This document shows, piece by piece, positions 47,958-59,155 of a stretch of DNA of 64,000 nucleotides; positions within the stretch are counted from its first letter, which is position 1, and every line of letters begins with the position of its first letter. This DNA is from Verrucomicrobiales bacterium (GTDB lineage: Bacteria; Verrucomicrobiota; Verrucomicrobiia; Verrucomicrobiales; V1-33). Location: assembly GCA_031411295.1 (NCBI GenBank), contig JANOAV010000212.1, positions 32,001 through 96,000 on the forward strand, in the 5' to 3' direction. The notes beneath the pieces were generated by a model. The model had not been told where the DNA came from. It worked only from the letters and a program-made list of their open reading frames with translations, and ran no database searches. A program made the position numbers and the translations under genes.

Positions 47958-50900
47958 CTACGGCAGCAACTCCGTCTTCACCCGGAAGAAACTGCGCGGA
48001 TGCGCGGCCACGAGATCCGGGTCCGTGACCACAACCGTGACGCGCGAGCTGCTAGGCGCACTGGTGCTGACAGTGGCGGTGCCACTCCAGGTTCCAGCTC
48101 CGGTCTTGGTGGCTATAGTCGTCCAGCCGGTTAGCTGATCCCCAACTTGCACCAGATAACGGATGTCGGCAGGGCAAACCACGGGCAGGCTGAAGGTGCC
48201 TTCCATTTGGGTATTGGTGGGATTGAAGCTGGCGGTGATTTGCGCTTTCTCCGCGTCGGGAAGCTTGGGATCCAAGGCCAGAGCATATTCCAGCAGGTGC
48301 TCCAGACCATCGTGATCCAGATCGTTATTGGCTCCGGGGGCGCTCAGAGCAGTTTGCCAAGTGGCGAAGTTGAAGACGGCGGTGCCACCACCAGGGGATC
48401 CGCCGACATTGACCGATGCTTGCCAGGAAGCTTTATCAGCAAAGGCAGCCCGGGAAACTAACGGATCCACAATTTGCAAGGTGGAGCCCGCCCCGAAGGC
48501 TGCTGAATACCACTCAGCTTGATAGGTAAAGCACATTATGTTGGCAGTGTATGGCTCCGGTAACGTTAGCGCGATTTGCTCGCCAGCGTTGTCGAGTTTG
48601 CCGATGAATGGGCCCACCACGTTCGCGATGCCAGTGAAGGCGCTCGGGGTTTTAGCCACGACTGCGAAGGCCCCGGGAGCAAGGCTCATGGTGCCGAAGG
48701 TGTAGGTGATTCCGGACGTGAAACGCACACCAGTGATGTCCAGCGTCTTGGTGGTGCTGGTGTTCTTAATTTCCACGAACTCGAAGTTCGCTCCATTGAG
48801 CGGAGCATATTGCACTTCCGTGATGCGCAGGAAGGCCATGAGGTCTAGCATCCGTTGATAAACGAGATCCACCGATGGCGACGTGACCGTGGTGACCTCG
48901 GCATCCAGCTTCAGCGCGAAGACTACGTCCGAGCTGGAGACGGCGTTTTGGTGAACTTCCACTGCCAGCACGTTCGTGTTAGTGCCTGTGGCAAGTCCCG
49001 TGGCATCCAAGGTCACAGGGCCAATCTGAGCGGCCTCCAAACTGCCGGAAGCCGAAGTAGTGGGCGCCAGTGCACCAGCTGGCATGTTGTAGCGGAAGGT
49101 GGTGCCGCTGCTGGTGACTTCCGTGCCGTTCAGATAGAACGCGGCACCGTCATCAATGATGTGGGTTAGTTTAAGCACGGTGGTCACAGTAGCCCCAGAC
49201 GGTGGGGTATCGGGCGCGTAGGAAAAGACCGTGCGGAAATAATCCACATTTTCCGCCGCGGCACCATGAATCAACGGCGTCACGATCGCTGGCAAGGCCG
49301 CAGGATAGGTGGGGTCCAGCGCCAGCGGGGCGCCACCGCTGCCCCAACTGTTCAGCGGGGCTACGGGCGAAGTTGTGGTCGTTCGCGTGGGCGGCACGAA
49401 ACTCAGGTTCTTCCAATTCACATCTACCACCGGAGCACCGGCATTTGTGGTGGAACCATACTGATCATAGAAACGCCACGTGCCATTCATGGCAATGAGC
49501 GGATAGGTTTTCGTTGTCGTGGTGCCAGCCACAGTAGTGCCATTTGGCAGGCCGAAGGTGGGCAGAGCCAGCGGGGTGATCGTGGCACTGCCATCCGGGG
49601 AACGACCTTCCGCCACGTCTGACTGGGCACAGGTGATGGCCACGTAATCAACGGTTTTGCCGGTGGGATCTGTCAGCATGAGCCAATCGTAAAATGCATC
49701 CAACTTGAACGGCAAATGATTCGCCTGCATTCCGATGGTGCCGTCTGCGATCAAGCTGGCGTAGCCTTTCCCGGCCACGAACGACAACGGAGGAAATTGA
49801 TAGGCCATTGGATTGTCAGGCGTGTCGGTCAGGTAAAATCCGCCGATATTTCCTGGCAGGACGTTCGTGTTATAGAGTTCGATCTGATCGTCCTTGAAGG
49901 AAATCTCGCTATTGGCGAGCCACTCGTTGAAGAGCACGTGGCCAGGACAATCGTTGGGCTGTTGCACGTTGGCGCTGCCCAGCGTTGGGCTGTTCAGATC
50001 CCAATGACGATCCAAGCCCACACGGCCAATCGATTTGTCCGGAAGCTGCAAGCCGAAGGTCACGGAGTCCACCGTGGTCCAAGTAGCTCCGTTAGGGCTG
50101 GAAAGCACGACGCTCTCGCCATCGCCATCCAGCGAGAAGCCGAGATGCGTGCCGGGATTGCCGTCGGGTGCATCTGCGAAAAGCACCAGATAACCGCCAG
50201 CAGGAATCGAGGTCGTGGCAGGGAAAACGAATTTTGCGGGCGCGGCAGCGTCATCAGAAATGGCCCAGCCACTGATGTCCACGGCGGTGGCGCGGGGATT
50301 GTAGAGTTCGATTACATCAGGATGTGCCGCACCATTCAGCACGCTAGTCAGGTTCGTCGCCAGCATTTCGTTGATGACCACGGGAGCCAGATAACTGGGG
50401 TCCACAGTCCAGGTGTAAACGGTGGGATTCACTTGATAGTCACCCGCATCATTCTTGCCGATGACCTGAATCGTGTGGCTGCCGGTGGTTAGGCCGGAAA
50501 GCGTGATCTGGGTGGCGGAGGGCGTTTCCACACTGTAGGCACCGGTGTCCAGCTTCCATTTGTAAGCCGTGAAGCCATAAGGATAGGCTGGCACGATGGC
50601 TCCGGGAGGATTGAAAATTCCGTTGGGTCCGACCGTGATGGTTGCACTGTTGACGGTAGTGGTGCTGGCTGGAATTCCGGTTAGGGTGACGCCGTAGGGA
50701 ATCAAGCCACCCTTGTCCAAACCGCCCGGACCACTGCCTTTGGCGGGGCTGCCTGGGCAAAGGGCGAACGCAGCATTGGCGCGCTTGCGAAGCAATTCGT
50801 AGTCGGATTCAAACTCCACTTTATCCAGCGAGAGTTCGGAGAATAAATCGTAGTGCATCAACGGATCCGCCACCAGATTGCCGGTGCCAGGCCCGGTCCA

Positions 50901-53900
50901 AGCTACGGGCATGATGTTATTGTTCATCGTAACCCAGAGTTTGGTGCCATCATAATTTGCCACCAGCGCATTGATGTCCCAGAGGATGTTATTTTCAATG
51001 ATGGCTCCAGCGCCACCGGATGCTGGAGGAATTCCAGCGGCATCATCTGAGAAGTTAAACGCCGCAATATCCACCCCCACGCTGCCGTAAGTGCTCTGAC
51101 CCGTGACTTTATAGACACTGTTATTGATAAACGTATGACGGGCAGCCTTCGTGTTCGGACCACCGTTCACGCCTTTGGCGAGCACCGCGTGATCCGTGTC
51201 GTAGAACAGATTACCGATGATCGTCCACTCGGAAATGTCTGCCGTGTCATTACCGCCGGAAATACAGCTCCCGGTGTCCACAATATCTGTCCGTGCCGGA
51301 TCCTGATGGGTGTGCATGAACACGTTTCCTGCAATAAAGGCATCCGTGCTGTCCAAGTCCAGACAGTCATCAGTAGCAGCTGTGAAAATGTTGTCGATAT
51401 ATTGGGTAATGGCGTTAGCGCGATTCCCACCCGTGAAATCGATGATGTCATTGAAGCCATACGTATGGCCGAACACATTGCCGCGGAAAATGCCGTAACC
51501 ACCCGCTGGCAAGCCCCCCACCCCATGCAACATTTCCGGTCGCCCGAAGCCGCCCGTGCCATTGGCGGGTGGATATCCTGCAGGCTTGGAATACGTTTGG
51601 AAATAGGAATTGGCGATGATGAACGAACTGGTATCGGCGGAGAAATATTCCGCGTCACTGTTGGTGAATTGGCAGTGATCTACATACAATTTCGAACCCC
51701 CGTTGGAGAACAGCGTGGCATTGTGCGAGCCGACCGTTTTCCCGCCACCATACTCGATGTCCGCCCACACGATGCGGGATTCGTTAGTGGCGGCATTGAG
51801 ATAAATGGCGCTGTAGGCGTCCGTGGTGCCTGGTTTCCGTGTGAAACGAATGTGGTTATACTGCGTGCCTTCTGCCAGCAATCGACCGGTGCCTGAGATT
51901 GTAAAACCGAACGCAGGTCCCATGTAAACCGTAGTGCCTGGCTGGATGGTCAGCGTCACCCCAGCACCAATGGTCACATCCGCTGTAACGCGGTAAGGGC
52001 CGCCGGCTGCGGTCCACGTGGTGTTTGCGGCAATCGCGCCACTCTTGTTGGTCTCGGCCACGTTATACCAGATATCATAATATTTGTAGCGGACGTGTTC
52101 TCCCGCAGCGTTCTTTTCCTCCAGCGTCACGCGGTTAATCCCGGGATTCAACGCAGTCAATCCACCCAGCACGGAGCCGGCCGTGCCTGCCACCACTTCA
52201 CAATTGAAACGACAATCAGAACTGGTTAGGTTATTCTGGTGGACTTCTGCCGCCAGCACGTTATCTCCGGTCAAGAGGCTCGCTGCCGGAAACGTGAACG
52301 TGATCCATTCATCCTCCACGGTGGGGCTGTTAGTTGCCTGGGTATTGTAGAGAACGGTTGGTAACGTTGCCACCGTCGGCATGCCTTCACGGCCGATTTC
52401 CGTCCCATTTAAATAGAGCACAACGCCATCATCCCGCTGCACGCGGACCGTGATGTTCCCGGTATATTTCGCAGGATTGGGGACGGTGAAATGCTTGCGA
52501 AAATAGTTGGTGATATGCGTGCTCTGGCCATTGGCCACATTCGCTCCGCCGATGATTGTGGTCGCACCATCCACATTGGCTGGACTGTAACCTAACGGAG
52601 AAGCACCTGCCGCCCAGCCGGTATCCGTAAAGAGCCGCGGAATCCAAGTGGTGCCCAGATCCGTGCCTCCATCGAAATATTTCCAAGCATCACCCGGAGC
52701 AATGAGCGTGTCCGGGGTGCCCGCATTAGTCCAGGTTCCGGCTTTGATGTCGATGGTGGCGGGGACTCCATTGATCAGCACTTGGGAAGCGTTGGTGCTA
52801 TCAAAACTTCCTGCCAGCGAGGGGATCGCGCTGGTGATCGTTTGCGGATAGCCGCTGACGACCGCAGGGCCTGTAGTGACCGCCAGCGCAGGGACGATCT
52901 TATTGAGAATACCCTGGCGACGGCCAATCGGATTGGCCCCGCCATCGCCATCCATAAATTGTTTCACTGTGGTCTTGATGGTCGTCACATCACCCGCCGC
53001 CCAGCCCGCATTCGCAAGACTCCGATCCACTAACGCATCGAATTGAGTCTTGGAAAATGGCCCGTTGAGCAAGTCGCGCAGGTATTGATGATACTGCACC
53101 ACGGCGGTGGGTTGGTTAAAGAGGGGGACCAATTTGTCGAACACATCGCCACCCTTCCCGGCCTCCACGGCATCATAGATCGTGTTGTTGGGACTCGTTT
53201 GAATGTCCGCCAGCGTAATGACCGATGCATCTCCCAGCCCCAAAATGGTGTCCATATCGTGGAATAGGACTTGGAACTTGTTGTTCGTGACCCCGGCATA
53301 CATCGAGTAATCATCGTCCCGACCATTGAGCAGGTTCGTTTCGCCATTAGTTAGGATGGTGGAAACCGCCATCGTTTTGAGCCATTGATTTACCTCCAGC
53401 ACGTTCCCGACATTTGTGAGATAACCGGACGCGGGAGCGCCCACCCCAGCGGTCATGGTGGAAACGAAATTGTGCAGGTCCGCGAAATTCATGCTGGAAG
53501 TGTTATTCTGCTTTTCCCAACCCTCCCCGGTGGCAGCAGTGCCAATTCCAGCGTAGAACGCAGGAGCTGTGGCCAAAGAAGCCGCCACCGCCCACTCGCC
53601 ACCACCGCTACCGCGTTTGGTATAAAGATTGCCGGAGGAATCCGTCGGATAGTGATGTTTAATAAAGTCCCGATTGATCGGCTCCACGTGCGCCATCAGG
53701 CCGTAATTGCGAACCCAGTGGGCTTCGTCCTGGCCGGTGGTGAGGCCGGTTACGGAGTTTCTTGCCAGCCGATTCACCGAATTCCAACGCACTTGGACCG
53801 GCTTGGCATCGGCACAGACGATACCGGAAGCGTGACCCAATTGAGCACCCAGAAACTGTAAATAAGTATATTGCGCATTGAGATTCACCCCAGTATTTCC

Positions 53901-55163
53901 CTGCCAGGGCTGCTCATTTAAGAAATCAATATGGGCGCTGCGGGTAGCACTACCCCGGCTGCCTGACCCGCGCATCCGAGTCGTGGCGCGTTGACGCTCG
54001 GTGTAAGTCCCCTCCGCCAAGGCTAGGAATGTGCAGAGGAACTTCTGGCTCGTGCGGTTGCTGGAATTGTTCACCAACGCGTCCCAGCCCGCCAATTCAT
54101 TGGGCACCATCAGGATGCGATAAAACGGAGCTGTGCCCACAATGGCTTCCTCATCCACTTGATAGAGCGCATTGGCATTGTGGTTACCCGTGTCATCGCT
54201 GGCGGCAGGCCAAGTGCGCACGTGATTCGCAGCGTCTTTCGCTTCCACGTAATATTCCACCAATTTCCCCAAGGCCTGAGCTGGCAGCGTGGCAACATAG
54301 AAGCCATCGCCCGCAATGTCATCGCCTGTGAGACCATCATCATGCATCGTCACGGAGGACCACGCAGGTTGAACCGCACCCGAGACTGGGATACGGTATT
54401 TCACACTTGCGGTTACCCCGGCCAAGGCGGCGGCTTCATCGAAAATCTGCGCTTTCACGGTCACTAACTGTGTGCGCGTGGGCACCTTCGGGAAATGTTC
54501 CACATTCTCGATCAATGGAGCCGCATCCGCTGAGGCAACGGAATTGGCCGCGCCCGGTGTGCCGCCCGCTGGGGTGCTCGCAATCCAGTTCTGACCATTG
54601 TTATGTTTCAAATTTGGGTTCACCAACTCCGCCGATTTCCCACCGCCATCCGCATCGCTCAGCCACAGCCAACCATAAGGATAGCCCAACGGATCCAACG
54701 TCGTCACATTGCGCATCTTCGCCCAATCGCCCTCGGTGTCATAATGCACATGATCCACGCGGACACCAGAAGCATCAAACAAATCCACGCTATCCGCAAT
54801 ATTTCCCAATTCCCCGGTCCAGTTCCCCAAATAACTCACAACGGACGGGTAGGCCGCATGAAACGTCGCTGCATTGGCCGCCACAATCACATAACTGCCT
54901 GCGGGTAACACCCAGGCATTCGGAAACGTAAAGCTCACCGAGCCCCCGCCGATAGTCCAGCCGGTGAGATCATATCCGATCGGGTCGGGATTGTAAATTT
55001 CGATCCATTCCTTGCTAATGTCCTCCGGTCCCGTCGGATTGAGCTGGGTGCCCGGCTGCGCAGGATGGTAGAAGATCTCATTAATAACGGGGCTCGCACT
55101 CAGCCCGGTCAGGCTAAAGAACGAGATACCCAGCACGGAGCGGAGGAGGTGGTCAGTTTTCAT
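47958..55163 (-). CDS. giant secreted lamin-tail-domain / CotH-kinase-like / beta-helix protein
   Basis: Signal peptide; repeated LTD motifs (INE..Y, EWIE.YN, D.SGW); RGSGSR, GNLY, D.D..LG CotH-like; DDG...YLNG jelly-roll x2; DD.LD.D beta-helix. Confidence 0.8.
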   Translation of the reverse strand: MKTDHLLRSVLGISFFSLTGLSASPVINEIFYHPAQPGTQLNPTGPEDISKEWIEIYNPDPIGYDLTGWTIGGGSVSFTFPNAWVLPAGSYVIVAANAATFHAAYPSVVSYLGNWTGELGNIADSVDLFDASGVRVDHVHYDTEGDWAKMRNVTTLDPLGYPYGWLWLSDADGGGKSAELVNPNLKHNNGQNWIASTPAGGTPGAANSVASADAAPLIENVEHFPKVPTRTQLVTVKAQIFDEAAALAGVTASVKYRIPVSGAVQPAWSSVTMHDDGLTGDDIAGDGFYVATLPAQALGKLVEYYVEAKDAANHVRTWPAASDDTGNHNANALYQVDEEAIVGTAPFYRILMVPNELAGWDALVNNSSNRTSQKFLCTFLALAEGTYTERQRATTRMRGSGSRGSATRSAHIDFLNEQPWQGNTGVNLNAQYTYLQFLGAQLGHASGIVCADAKPVQVRWNSVNRLARNSVTGLTTGQDEAHWVRNYGLMAHVEPINRDFIKHHYPTDSSGNLYTKRGSGGGEWAVAASLATAPAFYAGIGTAATGEGWEKQNNTSSMNFADLHNFVSTMTAGVGAPASGYLTNVGNVLEVNQWLKTMAVSTILTNGETNLLNGRDDDYSMYAGVTNNKFQVLFHDMDTILGLGDASVITLADIQTSPNNTIYDAVEAGKGGDVFDKLVPLFNQPTAVVQYHQYLRDLLNGPFSKTQFDALVDRSLANAGWAAGDVTTIKTTVKQFMDGDGGANPIGRRQGILNKIVPALAVTTGPAVVSGYPQTITSAIPSLAGSFDSTNASQVLINGVPATIDIKAGTWTNAGTPDTLIAPGDAWKYFDGGTDLGTTWIPRLFTDTGWAAGASPLGYSPANVDGATTIIGGANVANGQSTHITNYFRKHFTVPNPAKYTGNITVRVQRDDGVVLYLNGTEIGREGMPTVATLPTVLYNTQATNSPTVEDEWITFTFPAASLLTGDNVLAAEVHQNNLTSSDCRFNCEVVAGTAGSVLGGLTALNPGINRVTLEEKNAAGEHVRYKYYDIWYNVAETNKSGAIAANTTWTAAGGPYRVTADVTIGAGVTLTIQPGTTVYMGPAFGFTISGTGRLLAEGTQYNHIRFTRKPGTTDAYSAIYLNAATNESRIVWADIEYGGGKTVGSHNATLFSNGGSKLYVDHCQFTNSDAEYFSADTSSFIIANSYFQTYSKPAGYPPANGTGGFGRPEMLHGVGGLPAGGYGIFRGNVFGHTYGFNDIIDFTGGNRANAITQYIDNIFTAATDDCLDLDSTDAFIAGNVFMHTHQDPARTDIVDTGSCISGGNDTADISEWTIIGNLFYDTDHAVLAKGVNGGPNTKAARHTFINNSVYKVTGQSTYGSVGVDIAAFNFSDDAAGIPPASGGAGAIIENNILWDINALVANYDGTKLWVTMNNNIMPVAWTGPGTGNLVADPLMHYDLFSELSLDKVEFESDYELLRKRANAAFALCPGSPAKGSGPGGLDKGGLIPYGVTLTGIPASTTTVNSATITVGPNGIFNPPGAIVPAYPYGFTAYKWKLDTGAYSVETPSATQITLSGLTTGSHTIQVIGKNDAGDYQVNPTVYTWTVDPSYLAPVVINEMLATNLTSVLNGAAHPDVIELYNPRATAVDISGWAISDDAAAPAKFVFPATTSIPAGGYLVLFADAPDGNPGTHLGFSLDGDGESVVLSSPNGATWTTVDSVTFGLQLPDKSIGRVGLDRHWDLNSPTLGSANVQQPNDCPGHVLFNEWLANSEISFKDDQIELYNTNVLPGNIGGFYLTDTPDNPMAYQFPPLSFVAGKGYASLIADGTIGMQANHLPFKLDAFYDWLMLTDPTGKTVDYVAITCAQSDVAEGRSPDGSATITPLALPTFGLPNGTTVAGTTTTKTYPLIAMNGTWRFYDQYGSTTNAGAPVVDVNWKNLSFVPPTRTTTTSPVAPLNSWGSGGAPLALDPTYPAALPAIVTPLIHGAAAENVDYFRTVFSYAPDTPPSGATVTTVLKLTHIIDDGAAFYLNGTEVTSSGTTFRYNMPAGALAPTTSASGSLEAAQIGPVTLDATGLATGTNTNVLAVEVHQNAVSSSDVVFALKLDAEVTTVTSPSVDLVYQRMLDLMAFLRITEVQYAPLNGANFEFVEIKNTSTTKTLDITGVRFTSGITYTFGTMSLAPGAFAVVAKTPSAFTGIANVVGPFIGKLDNAGEQIALTLPEPYTANIMCFTYQAEWYSAAFGAGSTLQIVDPLVSRAAFADKASWQASVNVGGSPGGGTAVFNFATWQTALSAPGANNDLDHDGLEHLLEYALALDPKLPDAEKAQITASFNPTNTQMEGTFSLPVVCPADIRYLVQVGDQLTGWTTIATKTGAGTWSGTATVSTSAPSSSRVTVVVTDPDLVAAHPRSFFRVKTELLP

Positions 55164-55377
55164 AAATGGGGGGAAACGCAAGGGATGGCGGCATACTAGA
55201 ACTTTCAGGGGCTAGTCCTCAACCCTAAGTTAACCGAAAATTGGGATGCCTGTCGAGACTTGCCAGATGAACATCCGCTCATTTTTCTCAGAATCAGTCA
55301 CTTCTCAGGTTGGAGGGAGGGAACGTATGACGAAAGGCGGGCAATATTATGAAGTTTGCCGGGGGTATTCGCAAGCT

Positions 55378-55393
55378 TGGCACAGCCCATGCT
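55378..55393 (+). promoter_or_regulatory. sigma54 (-24/-12) promoter
   Basis: TGGCAC-AGCCC-ATGCT with correct GG/GC spacing, ending 33 nt before the ATG. Confidence 0.6.
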
Positions 55394-55426
55394 TCATGGC
55401 CCAGTGAACAATTCACCAAAACCTAT

Positions 55427-56407
55427 ATGAAATTAAGAACCCTATTGTCCATTACATCGCTTCTTTTGGCGCAAGCCATCTTCACTGCACCGACACTCGC
55501 AGCTCCACTAAAAGTGGGTTACTCCGACTGGCCGGGATATACCGTGCTGGAGGTGGCCAAGCAGAAGGGATGGTTCAAGGAAGCCGGGTTGGATGTGGAG
55601 TTGGTGTGGTTTGATTACCTGCCTTCGCTGGATGCCTTCTCGGCGGGAAAGATTGATGGAGTGGCCTGTGTGGCCACCGATGCGCTGGTGAATGGGGCGA
55701 ATGGTGCCAAGAGCAAGATCATCGCGTTGCTGGACTACAGTGACGGCAGTGATGCCATTGTGGGGATGCCTGGAATCAAGTCCATCAAGGATTTGAAGGG
55801 CAAGAAGGTCGGTTTGGAACTGACCTTGGTGGAGCATCTGCTGCTGCTGAAAGCGTTGGAGGTGAATGGCATGAAACAATCCGACGTTGAGTTAGTGAAC
55901 ACGCCAACGAACGAAACCCCGCAAACTTTGGCGTCGGGTAAAGTGGCTGCGATCGGAGCTTGGTATCCATCGTCCGGTCAGGCGCTGAAACAAGTGGCGG
56001 GTGCCAAGAAGCTGTTTTCCAGCTCTGATGCCAAGGGACTGATCTACGATGTGCTGGCCGTGAATCCCACGAGCTTCGCGAAAAACAAAGAGGACTGGAG
56101 CAAATTCGTCGCCATCTACTACAAGTGCGTCGATTACCTGATGGACCCCAAGACCAAAGCTGAGGCAGTGAAAATCATGGCGGCCAAGGTGGGAGCGGAT
56201 GTAGATGACTATGCCGCCAACGTTCCGGGAACTCACTTCCTCACCCTGGCCGAGGCCAAGACGGCTTACAAGAAAGGCGATGGACTGGATTCCATTTACG
56301 GCTCCATGGCCGTCGGTAATAAATTTAACCTGGACAACAAGGTGTATAAAGACTCCCAGAAGCCTGAGAGCTATCTGACGCCCAGCGTGGTCATGGGACT
56401 GAAATAG
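55427..56407 (+). CDS. ABC substrate-binding protein, SsuA/TauA/NMT1-like
   Basis: Signal peptide; YSDWPG, D.S.G.D.I, I..I.DLKGKKV, AWYP. Confidence 0.88.
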   Translation: MKLRTLLSITSLLLAQAIFTAPTLAAPLKVGYSDWPGYTVLEVAKQKGWFKEAGLDVELVWFDYLPSLDAFSAGKIDGVACVATDALVNGANGAKSKIIALLDYSDGSDAIVGMPGIKSIKDLKGKKVGLELTLVEHLLLLKALEVNGMKQSDVELVNTPTNETPQTLASGKVAAIGAWYPSSGQALKQVAGAKKLFSSSDAKGLIYDVLAVNPTSFAKNKEDWSKFVAIYYKCVDYLMDPKTKAEAVKIMAAKVGADVDDYAANVPGTHFLTLAEAKTAYKKGDGLDSIYGSMAVGNKFNLDNKVYKDSQKPESYLTPSVVMGLK

Positions 56408-56430
56408 CCTTTCTCACTACCACCACTACC

Positions 56431-57465
56431 ATGGCACAGCGCGACTGGTTGGGATTGAAACAGGAGTTGCCAGTGCGGCGGCGGGTCCTGTTGGCCATCC
56501 TTTCCTTCCTTGTCCCCTTGGGGATCTGGGCGGCAGTCAGTTATGTGCCATGGTTGTGGCATCCTTTGGTTCATGTCACTGCGATTGGGGACGTGGATTA
56601 TTTCGTGGAGGACATGGAAGTGCCGCGCGCAGACTTCGAAGCGGAGTCGGCCAAAGTGCAGGCCGCAGGCGGCACGCTGCCGGAAGGCTACCGCGTGAAT
56701 CCGGTTTATCTTCCCGCTCCGCACAAAGTGATTCATGCCTTCTACAGCGCCTTCACCACGGAGCCCCGCCTGCCGAACGAGCCTTGGCTGCATGAAAGTT
56801 TCGCCCATAGCATTCGCACCATTTGTTGGGCCTTCTTCATTTCCTCGCTGTTCGGGGTGCCGCTGGGGATCCTTTGTGGCACCTACCGCTTCTTCTCTCG
56901 CTTGCAGGAGCCGTTCATTGAATTCTTCCGCTACCTTCCCGCTCCGGCCTTTGGTGCGTTATGCGTGGCGATCTTGGGAATCGATAATGCTCCGAAAATT
57001 GCGATCATCGTGATTGGCACCTTCTTCCAACAAGTCCTGGTCATCAGCAACACGGTGCGGAAAGTAGACCCCGCCTTGATTGAGGCCGCGCAGACGCTGG
57101 GCGCGCGCGGTTGGAAACTCATGCGTCGCGTCATCATTCCCGCCTCCATCTCGGATATATTCACGGACATGCGCATCTTGTTAGGCTGGGCGTGGACGTA
57201 TCTTATCGTGGCGGAAGTCGTGGGCACCATGTCCGGCATTACTTACTTCATCAATCAACAGGCGCGCTATCGCAACTTCGACAACGTTTACGCCGCCATC
57301 TTCATGATTGGCATCATCGGGTTCACCTCGGATCTGCTCCTGGCCTGGCTTGGTCGGACAATCTTTCCATGGAAACGTCGGGCCGGTTCCGCCAAGAAGT
57401 CTGGGACTTGGTGGTCGAAGTTCAAAGCCAAGCCTGCCACGCCCGAAATCCCCGCTGAAATATGA
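56431..57465 (+). CDS. ABC permease, SsuC/TauC-like
   Basis: [32 protein letters not shown]. Confidence 0.9.
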   Translation: MAQRDWLGLKQELPVRRRVLLAILSFLVPLGIWAAVSYVPWLWHPLVHVTAIGDVDYFVEDMEVPRADFEAESAKVQAAGGTLPEGYRVNPVYLPAPHKVIHAFYSAFTTEPRLPNEPWLHESFAHSIRTICWAFFISSLFGVPLGILCGTYRFFSRLQEPFIEFFRYLPAPAFGALCVAILGIDNAPKIAIIVIGTFFQQVLVISNTVRKVDPALIEAAQTLGARGWKLMRRVIIPASISDIFTDMRILLGWAWTYLIVAEVVGTMSGITYFINQQARYRNFDNVYAAIFMIGIIGFTSDLLLAWLGRTIFPWKRRAGSAKKSGTWWSKFKAKPATPEIPAEI

Positions 57466-58364
57466 GTGCACGCGATCTTACGTTACCCAGTTATCGCGAT
57501 CAGTCGCCCGAAGTGGCCGCCCGTTTTGCCAGAATCCGGGAGCGGCCCATCATCCTCAGCGTGCGCGATCTGAAGAAACACTACGGTGTTAATGGCACCA
57601 CGCGCACCGTGTTCGACAATGTCTCGCTGGATATTCACCGTCGTGAATTCATCACGGTCATCGGGCCATCTGGTTGTGGTAAGTCCACCTTCATCCGCAT
57701 TATTGCCGGCTTGGATGAAGGCAGTGGCGGGGTGGCCTTACTCGACGGGAAAGAGATCGGTGAGCCCGGGCCGGATCGCGGCATGGTGTTTCAAGGTTAC
57801 ACGTTGTTCCCCTGGCTCACCGTGAAGCGCAACGTCATGTTCGGTTTGGAAATGCGCGGCAAAGGCAGCATGCTAGCCGAGAGCGAAGCGCGCCAGTGGC
57901 TGGAAATGGTGGGCTTGTCCAAGTTTGAAGATTCCTATCCGCACGAGCTTTCCGGCGGCATGAAGCAACGCGTCGCCATCGCCCGAGCCCTGGCCAACGA
58001 GCCACGCATCCTCATCATGGATGAACCGTTCGGGGCCTTGGACGCGCAGACGCGCTGTCAGATGCAGAGTTATCTCCTGCAAATTTGGCGCAAGGTGGAC
58101 GTCACCATTTTATTCATCACGCATGACCTTGAAGAGGCGGCCTATCTTTCCGATCGCATCATGGTTATGGGCACGAATCCGGGTGGTATCGTGGAGATCA
58201 TCGAAAACCCCATCCCGCGTCCCCGCTCGCCCGCGCAATTTGTGGGGCCGGAATACTTGTCGCTGAAGCTGCGGCTGGAGGAACTGATTCATCCCCCCGT
58301 GGAGTTCGAAGAGGATCGACTCCCCGTCATCAAACTAACCACTGCAGGCGACGATGTTGAATGA
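57462..58364 (+). CDS. ABC ATP-binding protein, SsuB/TauB-like
   Basis: [33 protein letters not shown]. Confidence 0.92.
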   Translation: MSARDLTLPSYRDQSPEVAARFARIRERPIILSVRDLKKHYGVNGTTRTVFDNVSLDIHRREFITVIGPSGCGKSTFIRIIAGLDEGSGGVALLDGKEIGEPGPDRGMVFQGYTLFPWLTVKRNVMFGLEMRGKGSMLAESEARQWLEMVGLSKFEDSYPHELSGGMKQRVAIARALANEPRILIMDEPFGALDAQTRCQMQSYLLQIWRKVDVTILFITHDLEEAAYLSDRIMVMGTNPGGIVEIIENPIPRPRSPAQFVGPEYLSLKLRLEELIHPPVEFEEDRLPVIKLTTAGDDVE

Positions 58365-59148
58365 ACTGCTAGCCAGGGCGGTGCGCTTGGAGAATCTCTC
58401 CTGGCGTGCCTTGCAGGAAATGCAGACGAGCGGCATGGATCTGCTGCTGTTGCCACTCGGGGCCACGGAACAACACGGGCCGCACTTGCCCATCAATACC
58501 GATACCGTCATCGCCACCGCCGCCTGCGCTTACGCCTCTGCTGCCACTGGCGTCCCCTTGCTCCCCGCCATCAGTTATGGGGTGTCCGTGGGGCATACGG
58601 CCAAATGGCCCGGCACGTTTTCATTGGACCATGAGACCTTCATCGCCACGCTGCGACAGTTGGCGCAATGGGCCATGGAGACCGGGTGGAAACGCTTGCT
58701 GCTAGTCAACGCGCATTTTGGCAACGATGCTTCGTTGCGGGTCGCAGTGGATCGCATCCGCACGGAGTTTCTGGGGCGACTGCAAATCGGTTGGCGTCAC
58801 ACTTATCAACTCACGCCGGAAATCTGGCAGTATTTCATCAGTGATGCCGCCGACCTCCACGCCAACTGTGCGGAGACGGATCTCATGCTGCATCTGGCCC
58901 CCGACACCGTGCGCATGGATTGGGTGGAGGATGATCCTGACCGCACTAACGGCCTCATTTTCAGTTATCCCGTATCCCAAACCAGCCTCAACGGTATCAC
59001 CGGCAAGCCATCGCTGGGCTCTGCCCTGCGGGGCGCAGAACTCCTCGCGCAGATGGGCGAGGCCCTGGCAGACATCGTTTCCCGCGCCCGCACGGAACAG
59101 CCACCGCTGCCAGCCTCCCATTGGCCCACCACCTCATTTCCCTACTAA
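58354..59148 (+). CDS. creatininase family amidohydrolase
   Basis: [15 protein letters not shown]...PGT, N.H.GN, HA...ET. Confidence 0.9.
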   Translation: MLNELLARAVRLENLSWRALQEMQTSGMDLLLLPLGATEQHGPHLPINTDTVIATAACAYASAATGVPLLPAISYGVSVGHTAKWPGTFSLDHETFIATLRQLAQWAMETGWKRLLLVNAHFGNDASLRVAVDRIRTEFLGRLQIGWRHTYQLTPEIWQYFISDAADLHANCAETDLMLHLAPDTVRMDWVEDDPDRTNGLIFSYPVSQTSLNGITGKPSLGSALRGAELLAQMGEALADIVSRARTEQPPLPASHWPTTSFPY

Positions 59149-59155
59149 AATACCC

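Noticed and set aside
55200..55426. Guanidine (ykkC-type) riboswitch ahead of the ABC importer
   Set aside because: No recognisable consensus or ACGR-loop twin hairpins; the sigma54 site leaves too short a leader
58718..59155. 145-aa N-terminal extension of the GlnT ORF in the ORF track
   Set aside because: Overlaps the creatininase gene; family similarity begins at ATG 59156
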